Below, one piece after another: positions 16,115-29,352 of a DNA stretch of 64,000 nt (its first letter is position 1; every line of letters starts with the position of its first letter). The notes beneath the pieces were generated by a model that ran no database searches, was not told the DNA's origin, and was given only the letters and a program-made list of their open reading frames with translations. Source of the DNA: an uncultured Acidobacteriota bacterium (GTDB lineage: Bacteria; Acidobacteriota; Vicinamibacteria; Vicinamibacterales; Fen-181). The stretch covers positions 753,764 through 817,763 of the forward strand of contig CAVUJA010000002.1 of NCBI GenBank assembly GCA_963741715.1. The letters are read 5' to 3'. Both the position numbers and the translations under genes were made by a program.

Positions 16115-18623
16115 ATGTCACTCCGCCGGCTGCCGTTTGCGGTCCGCGCCCTCGCGCGTACGCCCCTCGTCACCAGCATCGCGGTCATCTCGCTGGCCCT
16201 CGGCATCGGGGCCAACGCCGCCATCTTCTCCATGTTCGACCAGATGCTGTTCCGGCCGCTGCCGGTTCAGGATCCGGGCCGACTGGTCAACCTCGCCGCG
16301 CCCGGACCGAAGCCCGGGTCGCAGTCGTGCAGCCAGGCGGGCGACTGCAATACGGTTTTCAGCTACCCGATGCTGCGGGACCTGCGGCGGACGCAGAACG
16401 TCTTCACCGGCATCGCCGCGCATCGCCCGTTCAGCGTCAATCTCGCCTTCCGCGGCCAGACGCTGAACGGCGGCGGGCTCCTCGTCAACGGCAGCTACTT
16501 CCCCGTGCTCGGCGTCAAGCCCTCGCTCGGCCGGCTGCTCGACGAACGCGACGAGGGGACCCCAGGCGAGCCGCGCGTGGTGGTGCTCGACTACGACTAC
16601 TGGCGCAACCGGTTCGCGCGGGATCCCAACGTCCTCAACCAGGCGCTCATCGTCAACGGCCAGCCGCTGACCATCGTCGGGGTCGCCCCTCGCAGCTTCA
16701 AGGGCACGACGCTCGGCGCCGCGCCCGAGGTGTTCGTCCCGATGACCCTGCGCGACGACATGGAGGCCATGTCCAAGGGGAGCCTCGAGGACCGTCGCTG
16801 CGTACTGGGCCTACGCGTTCGCGCGCCTGAAGCCTGGCGTGACCCTCGAGCAGGCGATGTCCGCGCTGAACGTCACCTATCGCGCACTGCTGAACGACGT
16901 CGAAGCGCCGCTCCAGAAGGGCATGAGCGAGCAGACGATGAAGCTGTTCCGGGCGCGAAAGGTCACCGGCGAACTGGATCCGCGGGGCCAGAGCAGCATG
17001 CACAAGGAGGCCAAGACGCCGCTCGTGCTGCTGTTCTCGGTGACCGGGCTCGTGCTGCTGATCGCGTGCGCGAACATCGCGAACCTGCTGCTGGCGCGCG
17101 CGGCCAGCCGCTCCGCCGAGATGGCCGTGCGATTGTCGATCGGGGCGGGGCGCTGGCGGCTGGTTCGACAGCTGCTGACCGAGGCGTGCCTGCTGGCGAT
17201 CCTCGGCGGCCTGTTCGGGCTCGTCGTGGCCCGCTGGACGGTGGACCTGATCCTCGCGTTCCTGCCCTCGGACGCCGCCCGGGTGATGTCGTTCTCGATC
17301 GACGGACGGGTGGTGCTGTTCAGCCTGGTGCTCACCGTCGCGACCGGCATCCTGTTCGGACTCTTCCCGGCGCTTCACAGCACGCGGCCCAACCTCGTCA
17401 CCGTGCTGAAGGGCCAGTCGGGCCAGCCGAGCGGCGCGCGGTCGGCATCGCGGTTCCGGACCGCGCTCGTGACGGCGCAGGTGGCCCTGTCGATGACGCT
17501 GCTGGTGTGTGCGGGTCTGTTCGTGAAGAGCCTGTTCAACGTCAGCCACGTGGACCTGGGCCTGAAGACCGAGAACGTCGTCACCTTCGCGGTGTCGCCC
17601 GAGTTGAACGGGTACAGCGGTCCGCGGTCGCTCGAACTGTTCGAGCGACTCGAGGACGGGCTGGCGGCGATCCCCGGCGTGACGGCCGTGACGTCGTCGA
17701 TGGTACCGATGCTCGCCGGCATGAACTGGTCGAGCGGCGTCCAGGTGGAAGGCTTCGCGGCGGGCCCCGACACGGACACCAACGCCCACTTCAACAAGAT
17801 CGGCCCCGGGCACTTTCGGGCGCTGGGAATCCCGCTGCTGGCCGGGCGCGAGTTCACGCGGGCGGACGGCGGCAGCAGCGCGCTGGTGGCCATCGTGAAC
17901 GAGCAGTTCACGAAGAAGTTCAACCTGGGCCGCGACGCCGTCGGCAAGCACATCCAGAACGGCCCCCGCGAGTCGTCGCCGCAGATGGAAATCGTCGGCG
18001 TGGTGGCGAACGCGAAGTACAGCGAGGTCAAGGACGCTCCGCCGCCGCAGTTCTTCGTCCCCTATCGCCAGGGCCCGACGATCGGGTTCCTCACCTACTA
18101 CGTGCGAACGTCGCTGCCGCCGGATCGGTTGCTGGCCACGGTCCCGAGAATCGTCTCGCGCATCGACCCGAACCTTCCGGTGGAGAACCTTCGCACGCTG
18201 GAGCAGCAGGTGCGCGAGAACGTCTTCCTCGATCGGCTGCTCACGGTGCTGTCCGGATCGTTCGCCGCGCTGGCGACGCTGCTGGCCGCCGTCGGGCTCT
18301 ACGGCGTGCTGGCGTACACGGTGGCGCAGCGCACGCGCGAGATCGGGCTCCGGATGGCGCTGGGCGCCGCGCCCAACCGCGTGCGCACGATGATCCTGTC
18401 GCAGATGAGCGTGATGATCGCGGCGGGCGCTGCGGTGGGACTCGGGCTGGCCGCCCTCGCCGGGCACTTCGCCGAATCGCTGCTGTTCGAACTCAAGGGC
18501 TACGACCCGCTGGTCTTCGCGGTCTCGGCAGTGCTCCTCGCGCTCATCGCCCTCGGCGCCGGGTTCGTCCCGGCCCTCCGCGCGTCGCGCGTGGACCCGA
18601 TGATCGCGCTGCGATACGAATGA
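16115..18623 (+). pseudogene. ADOP-family duplicated ABC permease (MacB_PCD + FtsX x2), interrupted by an apparent +1 frameshift at about 16790-16805
   Basis: Frame 1 (16115-) reads MSLRRLPFAVRALARTPLVTSIAVISLALGIGANAAIFS...FVPMTLRDDMEAMSKGSLEDRR. The homologous continuation (AYWAYAFARLKPGVTLEQAMSALNVTY... to ...RASRVDPMIALRYE) is in the frame of ORF 16839..18623. The break falls inside the periplasmic domain, so this is not a natural gene split. Confidence 0.8.
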
Positions 18624-18629
18624 CGACCC

Positions 18630-18668
18630 CGTTCGCCGGCGCTGGTCCGGCGCCGGCGAACGTTGCTG
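18630..18668 (+). terminator. Perfect 13-bp hairpin terminator candidate after the ADOP permease
   Basis: CGTTCGCCGGCGC (18630-18642), 7-nt loop, GCGCCGGCGAACG (18650-18662), then TTGCTG. It starts 7 nt after the stop codon. Confidence 0.55.
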
Positions 18669-18780
18669 CGCCTGTTGCGGTGCGGCCATTGCGCCTTGAC
18701 GGCCGCCTTGCCCGGGGGTATCGTGCCCCCTCGCCTTCCCCCTGGACTGAATCCCGAGCGGGACCGGCCGGTGCTCCTTG

Positions 18781-20481
18781 ATGTCGCTGTTCGAGAGATG
18801 GTTTCGACCGAGTTCAAAGCCGGGTGCCCAGCCGAGCCGGGGGCCCGTTTCGGACGCCGCGAGTCCGGCTGAGGCCGACGACCGCCTTGTCGCCCGCACC
18901 GACGAGTACAACGCCCGGGCGGAAGCCTACTGGCAGGACATGGCCAGGGATCCGTCGGGCCGGAACCACGTCCTCAACAAGCCGTTCAGCCGCTTCGACC
19001 AGGCGGCGGACACGCTGTATCGGCTCGGCCTGGTGCTCGCCGAACTGGATGCCGGCCCCGGCCACGTCGTCCTCGATTTCGGCGCCGGCAGCTGCTGGCT
19101 GTCTGCGTGCCTGAGTCGTCTGGGCATCGCCACCATCTCCGTGGACGTCAGCCGGTCGGCGCTGGAACTCGGGCGCGAGCTGTTCGGCATGGACCGGCGC
19201 CAGCGACCGGCGGCGGAACCCCGCTTCGTCGTGTTCGACGGGCACCGCCTGCCCCTCGGGGGCGAATCGGTGGACCGCATCGTCTGCTTCGACGCCCTCC
19301 ACCACGTGCCGAACCTCGACGAGGTCCTGGCGGAACTCGCGCGCGTGCTCCGTTCGGGCGGACGAGCGGTGCTGGCCGAACCCGGCCAGGGGCATTCGCA
19401 CAGCGACGAGTCGGTGCGGGAGACGGAGCGATACGGCGTGCTCGAGAACGACCTCGACGCCGCCGACCTCGAACGGCGCGCGCTGCGCGCGGGGTTCACC
19501 GACGTGCGGCTCAAGCCGTATCCCGATCCATCGACGTTCTCGGTCACCGTCGAACAGTACCGCCGGATGACGGACGGCGACGCGCGCGCATTTCCGCTCG
19601 CCGCGCTGGGACAGGGCCTGCGTCAGACGTTGATCGCCGTCTTGTCGAAGGGCGAGCGGGTGCGCGACAGCCACTGTCCGCATCTGCTGCGCGCCGACAT
19701 CCGGCGGACCGACGAAGGAGCGCTGAGGGGACGCGGCGGAACCAGCCTGCCGGTGGCGCTCCGGCTCGCCAACGTCGGCGACACGCTCTGGCGGCACGAG
19801 ATGAACGTCCTCGGCGGGTACGTCACCGTGTCGGGTCACGTCCTGGATGACGACGGCCGCCCGTTCTCGAGCGGCTTCTTCAAGGCGACGCTGCCGCGGT
19901 CGATCGGGCCTGGAGAGACGGCGGACATCGTCGTGGACCTGCCCCTCCCCGCCGCCGACGGGGGCAGGTGCCGTATCCGGATCGATCTCGTGGACGAGCA
20001 TGTGTCGTGGTTCAGTGAGGCGGGCTCCGGGACGCTGGATCTCGAGATCGAGCTCGACGCGTCGGCTGCAGCCCTTCGTCCGCACGGCCTGGCGGCCGCC
20101 ATCACCGCGCTTCCCTTGCAGGCGGTGCACGCGACGCCTGGCGAGGAAGCGAGGTTCGCGGTGCAGATCGAGAACCGCGGCCTCTCGGCCTGGCCCGTCA
20201 CTCCTGCGCCGACGCCGGGGGCCGTGAGCCTCGGCGCGCATCTGCTCGACGAAGCGGGGAACCTGCTCGACAACGACTTCGTCCATCTTCCGCTGCCGCA
20301 TCCCGTCGAACCGGGCGGGCGGTGCGCAATGAATTGCGTGTTTCGAGCGCCGGCCCAACCCGGCGCGTACCGGCTCCGCCTCGATCTCGTCCTCGAGACA
20401 ATCTCCTGGTTCGAAGCCCACGGGTCGGCGACGCCGGAGGTACCGCTCATCGTCGTCGAACCGGGCCCCGAGCGCCGGTGA
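18781..20481 (+). CDS. Class I SAM-dependent methyltransferase with two tandem C-terminal beta-rich repeats
   Basis: SAM motif VVLDFGAGSCW and a Methyltransf_11-like core. Two ~100-aa repeats share ...G..W...G.V.LG.H.LD..G...LP..V.PG...P..PG.YRL..DLV.E..SWF...GS. The ORF-track start at 18778 is TTG; the ATG is at 18781. Confidence 0.8.
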   Translation: MSLFERWFRPSSKPGAQPSRGPVSDAASPAEADDRLVARTDEYNARAEAYWQDMARDPSGRNHVLNKPFSRFDQAADTLYRLGLVLAELDAGPGHVVLDFGAGSCWLSACLSRLGIATISVDVSRSALELGRELFGMDRRQRPAAEPRFVVFDGHRLPLGGESVDRIVCFDALHHVPNLDEVLAELARVLRSGGRAVLAEPGQGHSHSDESVRETERYGVLENDLDAADLERRALRAGFTDVRLKPYPDPSTFSVTVEQYRRMTDGDARAFPLAALGQGLRQTLIAVLSKGERVRDSHCPHLLRADIRRTDEGALRGRGGTSLPVALRLANVGDTLWRHEMNVLGGYVTVSGHVLDDDGRPFSSGFFKATLPRSIGPGETADIVVDLPLPAADGGRCRIRIDLVDEHVSWFSEAGSGTLDLEIELDASAAALRPHGLAAAITALPLQAVHATPGEEARFAVQIENRGLSAWPVTPAPTPGAVSLGAHLLDEAGNLLDNDFVHLPLPHPVEPGGRCAMNCVFRAPAQPGAYRLRLDLVLETISWFEAHGSATPEVPLIVVEPGPERR

Positions 20482-20489
20482 GGCGCCGA

Positions 20490-20587
20490 GACGTGCGACT
20501 CGCGGCGTGCGACTTTCGACGTGCGACTGTTGACGTCCGACCTTCGGACGTGCGACCTTCGACGTGCGGCGTGCGACGTGCGCGTCG
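20490..20587. repeat. GACGTGCGAC-core repeats at about 14-nt period (family F7)
   Basis: About 8 copies of (G)ACGTGCGAC(T/C) lie between the methyltransferase stop and the OYE gene start. Confidence 0.8.
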
Positions 20588-20691
20588 TCCCGGAACTCCC
20601 GAACGCCGTGCTGGCCGCAAGTCGCCGGCCGCACGCCGCAGGCCGACATCGAGGTCGACCCGTGGACTGTTGACTCTCGGTGGTGTCGTCC

Positions 20692-21702
20692 ATGCCCGAT
20701 CTTCTGTCGCCGCTGTCGCTTAACGGTCTCACGCTGCGAAACCGCATCGTGATGCCGCCGATGTGGTCCGGACAGGCCACGCCGGACGGCCACGTCACCG
20801 CGAGCATCGTCGAATACCATCGCCGTCGCGCCGCGGCCGGCTGCGGCCTGGTCATCGTCGAGCACGCGTTCGTCCACCCGCGCGGCCGCCACTCGGCCAC
20901 GCAGATTGGCGTGCACAGCGACGCGACCCTGGACGGGTTGAGCCGCCTCGCGCAGGCGATCGCCAGCGAGGGCGCGGTGGCCTGCCTGCAGATCTCGCAC
21001 GGCGGCTCGCGATCCTCGTCCCGCGTGACCGGAAGCCCGCCGATTGCGCCTTCAGCCGTTCGCCACCCGTACGAGCCCGAAGGCGACGTGCCCGAGGCGA
21101 TGGCCGGCCCGGTCTTCGGTGAGGTGATCCGGGCGTTCGGCGACGCGGCCGCCCGCGCTCGCGCGGCGGGTTTCCAGGCCGTGGAGGTGCACGCCGCCCA
21201 CGGCTTCCTGCTCGGCGAATTCCTCTCGCCGCTGACCAACCAACGGACCGACGACTACGGCGGGCCGGTCGAGAACCGCTGCCGCCTGCACCTGGCGGTT
21301 CTCGCCGAGGTGGTGAGCCGCGTGGGCGCGGACTGCCCCGTGTTCGTCCGCCTCGGCGCCCACGACGAGACGCCCGGAGGTCTCGAACTGGAGGACGCGT
21401 GCCAGGCGGCCAGGCGGCTGGCGCATGGAGGGGCCGCGCTGATCGACGTCTCGGGCGGGCTGCAAGGTTCGCGGGGCGTGGGCAAGGGCGCCGCCTATTT
21501 CGTGCCCTATGCGCAGGCCATCAGGGCGGCCGTCACCGTTCCCGTGATGGTCACCGGCGGGATCGGCGACGCGGACCTCGCCGACCGCACCGTCCGCGAG
21601 GGCCGGGCCGACCTCGTGGGCGTCGGCCGCGCGATGCTGAACGACCCCGAGTGGGCGGCCAAGGCCATCGCGCACCTGTCGGCGACGCGGATGCCCGGCT
21701 AG
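20692..21702 (+). CDS. NADH:flavin oxidoreductase, Old Yellow Enzyme family
   Basis: LSLNGLTLRNRIVMPPM, HGG, VEVHAAHGFLLGEFLSPLTNQRTDDYGG and VGRAMLNDPEW are OYE/TIM-barrel flavin reductase hallmarks. ATG at 20692; alternative GTG at 20680. Confidence 0.9.
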   Translation: MPDLLSPLSLNGLTLRNRIVMPPMWSGQATPDGHVTASIVEYHRRRAAAGCGLVIVEHAFVHPRGRHSATQIGVHSDATLDGLSRLAQAIASEGAVACLQISHGGSRSSSRVTGSPPIAPSAVRHPYEPEGDVPEAMAGPVFGEVIRAFGDAAARARAAGFQAVEVHAAHGFLLGEFLSPLTNQRTDDYGGPVENRCRLHLAVLAEVVSRVGADCPVFVRLGAHDETPGGLELEDACQAARRLAHGGAALIDVSGGLQGSRGVGKGAAYFVPYAQAIRAAVTVPVMVTGGIGDADLADRTVREGRADLVGVGRAMLNDPEWAAKAIAHLSATRMPG

Positions 21703-21831
21703 CCCAAACCCACAGAACCTGCGATGAGCGACCGCGAGGCCGAGGCGCGCCGCGCGGTGACGGCAGCGCTGTACCGCGACGACCTTGCTCGGCCAGGGCC
21801 GAATCGGCAGGCGAAAAGGCGGGGCGGGCGG

Positions 21832-21860
21832 TTCAAATGGGGCTCGGGTTCCAGTAAGAT
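21832..21860 (+). promoter_or_regulatory. Sigma70-like promoter candidate for pckG (TTCAAA-N17-TAAGAT)
   Basis: -35 TTCAAA at 21832-21837, 17-nt spacer, -10 TAAGAT at 21855-21860. The -10 ends about 28 nt upstream of the ATG, with RBS AAAGGAG between. Sequence pattern only. Confidence 0.3.
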
Positions 21861-21887
21861 ACGAAGACAGCCTTTAAAGGAGAATCG

Positions 21888-23681
21888 ATGACCAGGCACG
21901 AGAAGCTCGCCGCGTGGGTCAAGGAAGTCGCCGCTCTCTGCCAGCCGGATTCCATTCGCTGGTGCGACGGCTCGCCGGAGGAGTATCAGCTGATGCTCCG
22001 CCTCATGGTGCAGGCGGGGACCGCCATGCGAATGGATCCCGCCCGGCCGAACAGCATCTTCGTCCGCTCCGACCCCGCGGACGTGGCTCGCGTGGAAGAC
22101 CGCACCTTCATCTGCTCGAAGAGGAAGGAAGACGCCGGCCCGACCAACAACTGGGCGGACCCGGCCGAGATGAAGGCCACGTTGACCGGCCTGTTCACCG
22201 GCTCGATGAAGGGCCGGACCCTCTACGTGATCCCCTACAGCATGGGCCCGGTCGGCTCGCCGATCGCCAAGATCGGCGTCGAACTGACCGACTCGCCCTA
22301 CGTCGTGGCCAACATGCACATCATGACCCGCGTGGGGTCGACGGTCATGGACGTGCTCGGCGCCGACGGCGAGTTCGTGAAGGGCATGCACTCGGTCGGC
22401 GCGCCGCTCGAGGGCAACGCTCCCGACGTGCCGTGGCCCTGCAACGGCTCGAACAAGTACATCTGCCACTTCCCCGAGACCCGGGAGATCTGGTCGTTCG
22501 GCTCGGGCTACGGCGGCAACGCCCTGCTCGGGAAGAAGTGCCACGCGCTGCGCATCGCGTCGGTGCAGGCGCGCGACGAGGGCTGGATGGCCGAGCACAT
22601 GCTCATCCTGAAGCTGACCAGCCCGACCGGCGATGTCCGCTACGTGACCGGCGCGTTCCCCTCCGCCTGCGGCAAGACGAACCTGGCCATGCTGGTGCCG
22701 ACCGTGCCCGGCTGGAAGGTCGAGACGATCGGCGACGACATCGCCTGGATGAAGTTCGGCGCCGACGGCCGGCTCTACGCGATCAACCCCGAGGCGGGGT
22801 TCTTCGGCGTGGCGCCCGGCACGAGCATGAAGTCGAACCCGAACGCGCTCCTCACGCTGAAGGCGAATTCGATCTTCACCAACTGCGCGATGACGCCCGA
22901 GGGCGACGTGTGGTGGGAGGACATGACGGACAAGGAGCCGCCGGAGCTGATGGACTGGCTGCGGCGGCCCTGGCGCCCGGGCGTCGGCCGCAAGGCCGCC
23001 CACCCAAACGCCCGCTTCACCGCGCCGGCGCGGCAGTGCCCGGTCATCGCGCCCGAGTGGGAAGACCCGAAGGGCGTGCCGATCTCGGCGATGCTGTTCG
23101 GCGGGCGCCGCGCGACGGTCGTGCCGCTGGTGACCGAGGCGTTCAACTGGCAGCACGGCACGTTCCTCGGCTCCATCATGGGCAGCGAGACGACGGCCGC
23201 GGCGGCCGGGAAGGTCGGCCAGCTGCGTCGCGACCCGTTCGCCATGCTGCCGTTCTGCGGCTATCACATGGGCGACTACTTCGCGCACTGGCTGCGGGTC
23301 GGCGCGGGGGCGGACCCCGCCAAGCTGCCTCGGCTCTACTACGTCAACTGGTTCCGCCAGAGCGACAAGGGCGAGTTCCTGTGGCCGGGCTACGGCGAGA
23401 ACAGCCGCGTGCTGAAATGGGTCTTCGAGCGCGTGACGGGAGGCGGGTCGGCGGTCGAGACGCCGATCGGCAACCTGCCGGCGCCGGGGGCGCTCGACCT
23501 GACGGGCCTCGAGCTGGCTCCGGGCGCGCTCGACGTCCTGCTCAAGGTGGACGCCGAGGGCTGGCTGGCCGAGCTGCCGCTCATCAAGAAGCACTACGAC
23601 TCGTTCGGGGATCGCCTGCCGGCCGGGCTGGTGAAGGAGCTGAGCGAGCTCGAGAAGCGGCTGGCCGCGGCGGGCGTGTAG
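21888..23681 (+). CDS. pckG: GTP-dependent phosphoenolpyruvate carboxykinase
   Basis: 597-aa ORF with [26 protein letters not shown] and IGDDIAWM motifs characteristic of PEPCK-GTP. Confidence 0.97.
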   Translation: MTRHEKLAAWVKEVAALCQPDSIRWCDGSPEEYQLMLRLMVQAGTAMRMDPARPNSIFVRSDPADVARVEDRTFICSKRKEDAGPTNNWADPAEMKATLTGLFTGSMKGRTLYVIPYSMGPVGSPIAKIGVELTDSPYVVANMHIMTRVGSTVMDVLGADGEFVKGMHSVGAPLEGNAPDVPWPCNGSNKYICHFPETREIWSFGSGYGGNALLGKKCHALRIASVQARDEGWMAEHMLILKLTSPTGDVRYVTGAFPSACGKTNLAMLVPTVPGWKVETIGDDIAWMKFGADGRLYAINPEAGFFGVAPGTSMKSNPNALLTLKANSIFTNCAMTPEGDVWWEDMTDKEPPELMDWLRRPWRPGVGRKAAHPNARFTAPARQCPVIAPEWEDPKGVPISAMLFGGRRATVVPLVTEAFNWQHGTFLGSIMGSETTAAAAGKVGQLRRDPFAMLPFCGYHMGDYFAHWLRVGAGADPAKLPRLYYVNWFRQSDKGEFLWPGYGENSRVLKWVFERVTGGGSAVETPIGNLPAPGALDLTGLELAPGALDVLLKVDAEGWLAELPLIKKHYDSFGDRLPAGLVKELSELEKRLAAAGV

Positions 23682-23738
23682 CAGCGGCACAGTAGCCAGT
23701 CAGCGGTGAGCGGTAGGCGGTTCGTCGCGCGTGCGAAG

Positions 23739-26431
<2,693 letters not shown>

Positions 26432-26471
26432 CGCCCTGAAGTGAAGCAGTGAAAGACAGAGATTACACGAT

Positions 26472-26552
26472 CGGCTTGCGGCTTGCGACGTGCGCCCCTT
26501 GCGGCGCAATGTCGCAAGTCGCAAGCCGCGAGTCGCAGGCCGCAGGCCGCAA
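26472..26552. repeat. Inverted heptamer arrays CGGCTTG x2 versus GTCGCAA/GCCGCAG x6 (family F5)
   Basis: Left arm 26472-26485. Right arm 26511-26552 reads GTCGCAA GTCGCAA GCCGCGA GTCGCAG GCCGCAG GCCGCAA. The left arm is the reverse complement of the unit. It lies between the GNAT stop and the Aas-like start. Confidence 0.9.
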
Positions 26553-26560
26553 GCCGGTCT

Positions 26561-27025
26561 CTACCGCACCCGCTTGTACATCAACAATTCGGACGCACCG
26601 TCGATGATGTAGTCGTCGAACTGGCCGACGCGGCGGTAGCCCTGCCGCTCGTAGAAGGCCCGCGCCCGGGCATTGAAGGACGAGACGCACAGGAAGAGAT
26701 GGCGCGAGGTCAGCGCCGCGTGGCGCTCGCAGTGGCCGAGCAGCGCGGCGCCGGCGCCGTGGCTCCGCCGCCCGGCGTCGACGGCGATGGCGGCAAGGTA
26801 GGGAGCGCCGGCCACGCCGCGCGGGTTCACGAGCGCGAACCCGCAACGGCCCTGCGCGTCGCGCGCGACGAAGATCGGGCAGTCGGGACGCCGACAGGCG
26901 GCGCGGCATGCGTCGATGCCGCGCCCCAGGGTGATCCACGGTTCCGAGCCCGCCATGAGCGCGGCCGCCCACTCGCGGTCGTCGTCGGTGCCCGCGGCGA
27001 TCACGAACGTCCCGACGTCGTTCAC
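26561..27025 (-). CDS. GNAT family N-acetyltransferase
   Basis: GTG at 27025 overlaps the stop of the NYN gene (GTGA). Acetyl-CoA motif region ...IAVDAGRRSHGAGAALLGHCE... and C-terminal NARARAFYERQGYRRV. Confidence 0.8.
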   Translation of the reverse strand: MNDVGTFVIAAGTDDDREWAAALMAGSEPWITLGRGIDACRAACRRPDCPIFVARDAQGRCGFALVNPRGVAGAPYLAAIAVDAGRRSHGAGAALLGHCERHAALTSRHLFLCVSSFNARARAFYERQGYRRVGQFDDYIIDGASELLMYKRVR

Positions 27026-28593
27026 TCCTTCTTCTTCCCCCTGGGCTTGGCCGCCTTCGGCTTCGCCACGCCGGCGGTCTTGCGGGCGACGCTCGGCGCT
27101 CGCCGCCGCCGGGTCGGCTTCGTCTGTGGCGCGTCCGCTTCGGCGGGCGTGTCCTCGGGCTCGGCCTCGGCCACGGGGGTTTCGATCGTCTCGGCGTCGA
27201 TGACGGGCGGCGGCGCCTGTGCCGCCATCTCCGCCCCGGGCGCCGCGGCCGCCGCGCCGCCCGCTTCGGGCACCCGCCCCCCCGCCGCCGCGTCGACGGG
27301 CGCCGGGACGGGTTCCTCGATCGTCGCCTCCTGCACCGGGGTCGCCGTCGTCGGCCGCTGCAGCGCGTTGCCCGGGAACACCCGCAGCACACCCTGGCGG
27401 TCGCGTTCGAGCCGCAGCAGCGCGTCGCGCTGCGAGGCGCGCAGCAGGTCCAGAATGCCGCCGAACCCGTAGCGCCGCTCGTCGAAGCTCGAATCGGCCG
27501 CGCGGAGCAGCTGCTTCACGTTGCGCACGTACATCGGCCACCGGAGCGGCCCCGGAGCCTGCTCGATCACGCGCCGCAGCAGCGCGAGCGCCTCGCCCTG
27601 CTGCACGGCCAGCGCTTCTCCAGGCGCCGGGACGTGCGCGGCCGCGGCTGGTGCCGGCGCCGCTTCCATCGGCTGCCGCTCGTCGGCCGGCTCGCGCTCG
27701 GCCGGGAGCGGCAGAGACGGCTGCGGCTGCGGTGGCTGCTGCCCCCGCCGCCCGTGCCCGCCGCGTTCCTGGTGGTGGCGGTCGGCCTGCGGCTGCGACG
27801 GCGGCGCCGCCTCCGCCGACTCGTCGGTCTCGACGTCCGCGTCCTTGATCTCGACCAGCAGGTTCCGCCCCGACTGGTTCAGGCGGATGAAGCCGGCCTG
27901 CGCCAGCTTCTCGGCGAAGTCGCGGAACGAGCCGGCGCCGTAGTTCTTCTCCGAGAAGGTCGAGTCGAGCTGGAGCAGCGTGCTCTTGAGCAGCCCGAGC
28001 TGCGGCGTCACCTCGCGCTCGGACAGCACCTTGAGCGCGCGCCGGATCAGCGGGAACGCGCCGCTCACCGGCTGCGTGCCCACGGCGGCGCGGCCGCGCT
28101 CGGGGTGACGCCGGGCGCCCTGCCCGACGTTGATCAGGTTCTCGTAGGCGATGAACTCGTGGCAGTTGCGCTGCAGGATCACGCTCGTGAACGCGCGCCC
28201 GCCGACGACGATGACCGTCTTGTCGTACTGCTTGAGCTTCTCGACGAGGCTGAGGAAGTCGCTGTCGCCCCCGACGATCACGTAGGCGTTGATGTGATCG
28301 TGCGTGAGCGCCATCTCGAGCGCGTCGAGCGCCAGGTTGATGTCGGCGCCGTTCTTGTCGCCGCCCGGCGTCAGGTTCCGCTGGACCATCTTGATCGCGT
28401 GCTGGGTGAGCAGCCGGCTGTAGTCGCCGGCGCGCGTCCAGTCGCCGTAGGCGATCTTCGTGACCACCTCGCCGCGCTCCTTGATGGCTTCGAGAATGGT
28501 CCCGACATCGAACGCGACGTTCAGCGTCGTCTTGACGCCGATCTCGATGTTGTCGAAGTCCACGAACACGGCAATCTTCAAACGTTCTTCCAT
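27022..28593 (-). CDS. NYN (LabA-like) domain protein with two OST-HTH/LOTUS domains and a basic C-terminal tail
   Basis: KIAVFVDFDNI ... INAYVIVGGDSDF form the NYN/LabA core. Two LOTUS-like segments: LLKSTLLQLDSTFSEKNYGAGSFRDFAEKLAQAGFIRL and VRNVKQLLRAADSSFDERRYGFGGILDLLRAS. Pro/Ala/Glu-rich linkers and a Lys/Arg-rich end. Confidence 0.85.
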   Translation of the reverse strand: MEERLKIAVFVDFDNIEIGVKTTLNVAFDVGTILEAIKERGEVVTKIAYGDWTRAGDYSRLLTQHAIKMVQRNLTPGGDKNGADINLALDALEMALTHDHINAYVIVGGDSDFLSLVEKLKQYDKTVIVVGGRAFTSVILQRNCHEFIAYENLINVGQGARRHPERGRAAVGTQPVSGAFPLIRRALKVLSEREVTPQLGLLKSTLLQLDSTFSEKNYGAGSFRDFAEKLAQAGFIRLNQSGRNLLVEIKDADVETDESAEAAPPSQPQADRHHQERGGHGRRGQQPPQPQPSLPLPAEREPADERQPMEAAPAPAAAAHVPAPGEALAVQQGEALALLRRVIEQAPGPLRWPMYVRNVKQLLRAADSSFDERRYGFGGILDLLRASQRDALLRLERDRQGVLRVFPGNALQRPTTATPVQEATIEEPVPAPVDAAAGGRVPEAGGAAAAAPGAEMAAQAPPPVIDAETIETPVAEAEPEDTPAEADAPQTKPTRRRRAPSVARKTAGVAKPKAAKPRGKKKE

Positions 28594-28806
28594 CGCTGAA
28601 CTTTCCTCGCCGGCCGCGCGCCGCGGGGGCGGATCGTTTCCGCCGCCGGGCGGACCGGCGTGTTGCGTGCTCCTTCCCCGCGTGCGAGGGCAAAGGGGGA
28701 GCCGTTGGGGAATGGGCGCGAGCGGTCGCGCGGCGGGACGGCGCGCTCAGTGCGGCGCAACCGTCTCGCGCGTGCCATTCTGCGAGTGCGGGACGTGGGC
28801 AGGGGT

Positions 28807-29352
28807 CTATTCCTGCTCGTCCTCCTCGCCGCCGCTCGCGCTGGTGGCCAAGTTGTCGACCTCCTCGACGTCGGCTTCGCCGCCGTCGTCGACGTCGAAT
28901 ACACGGCCGGTGTTCCGTTCACGGATGGGCCCTCGCGGGCGCGTCTCCGTCTTCGTCGGCCGGCGGGCCGGTCCCTTCTGCCGTCGCGGCGCCGGAGGAC
29001 CGAAATTACGGGCGGGCCGCTCACCGGATGCCGGTGCCGGACCGTCCATCATCGGCCCCGCGGGGCGGAACGGCGCCGGGGGCCTGAACCCGGCGGGACG
29101 ATCTTCTCTCGCCCTGGCCTCGCTGACGGCCAGGTTTCGACCCTTGAAGGGCTGCGCGTTGAAGCGGCGGATCACCTCTTCGGCGACCGCGCGGTCTATG
29201 AACTCAACGAACGCAAACCCCCTGGGCCTTCCCGTTTCCCGGTCGATCGGCAGCACGACCTCGGAGGGCGGCGTAATCACCCCCAGGTGAGCGCGAAGCT
29301 CCGCGTCGGTCGTGTCGTAGGGAAGGTTGCCAATGAACAAACGGACAGCCAA
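28807..29352 (-). CDS. RRM-type RNA-binding protein with Pro/Arg-rich and acidic C-terminal tail
   Basis: RNP2 LFIGNL and RNP1 RGFAFVEF. I prefer the TTG start at 29352 (GAGAGGA 5 nt upstream, giving MAVRLFIGNL). Alternative in-frame ATG at 29397. Confidence 0.8.
   Translation of the reverse strand: MAVRLFIGNLPYDTTDAELRAHLGVITPPSEVVLPIDRETGRPRGFAFVEFIDRAVAEEVIRRFNAQPFKGRNLAVSEARAREDRPAGFRPPAPFRPAGPMMDGPAPASGERPARNFGPPAPRRQKGPARRPTKTETRPRGPIRERNTGRVFDVDDGGEADVEEVDNLATSASGGEEDEQE

Noticed and set aside
26432-26524. N-terminal 31-codon extension of the Aas-like ORF (start at 26524).
   Set aside because: The extension (MRLATLRRKGRTSQAASRSCNLCLSLLHFRA) is encoded by the F5 heptamer array. The conserved acyltransferase N-terminus begins at the ATG at 26431.
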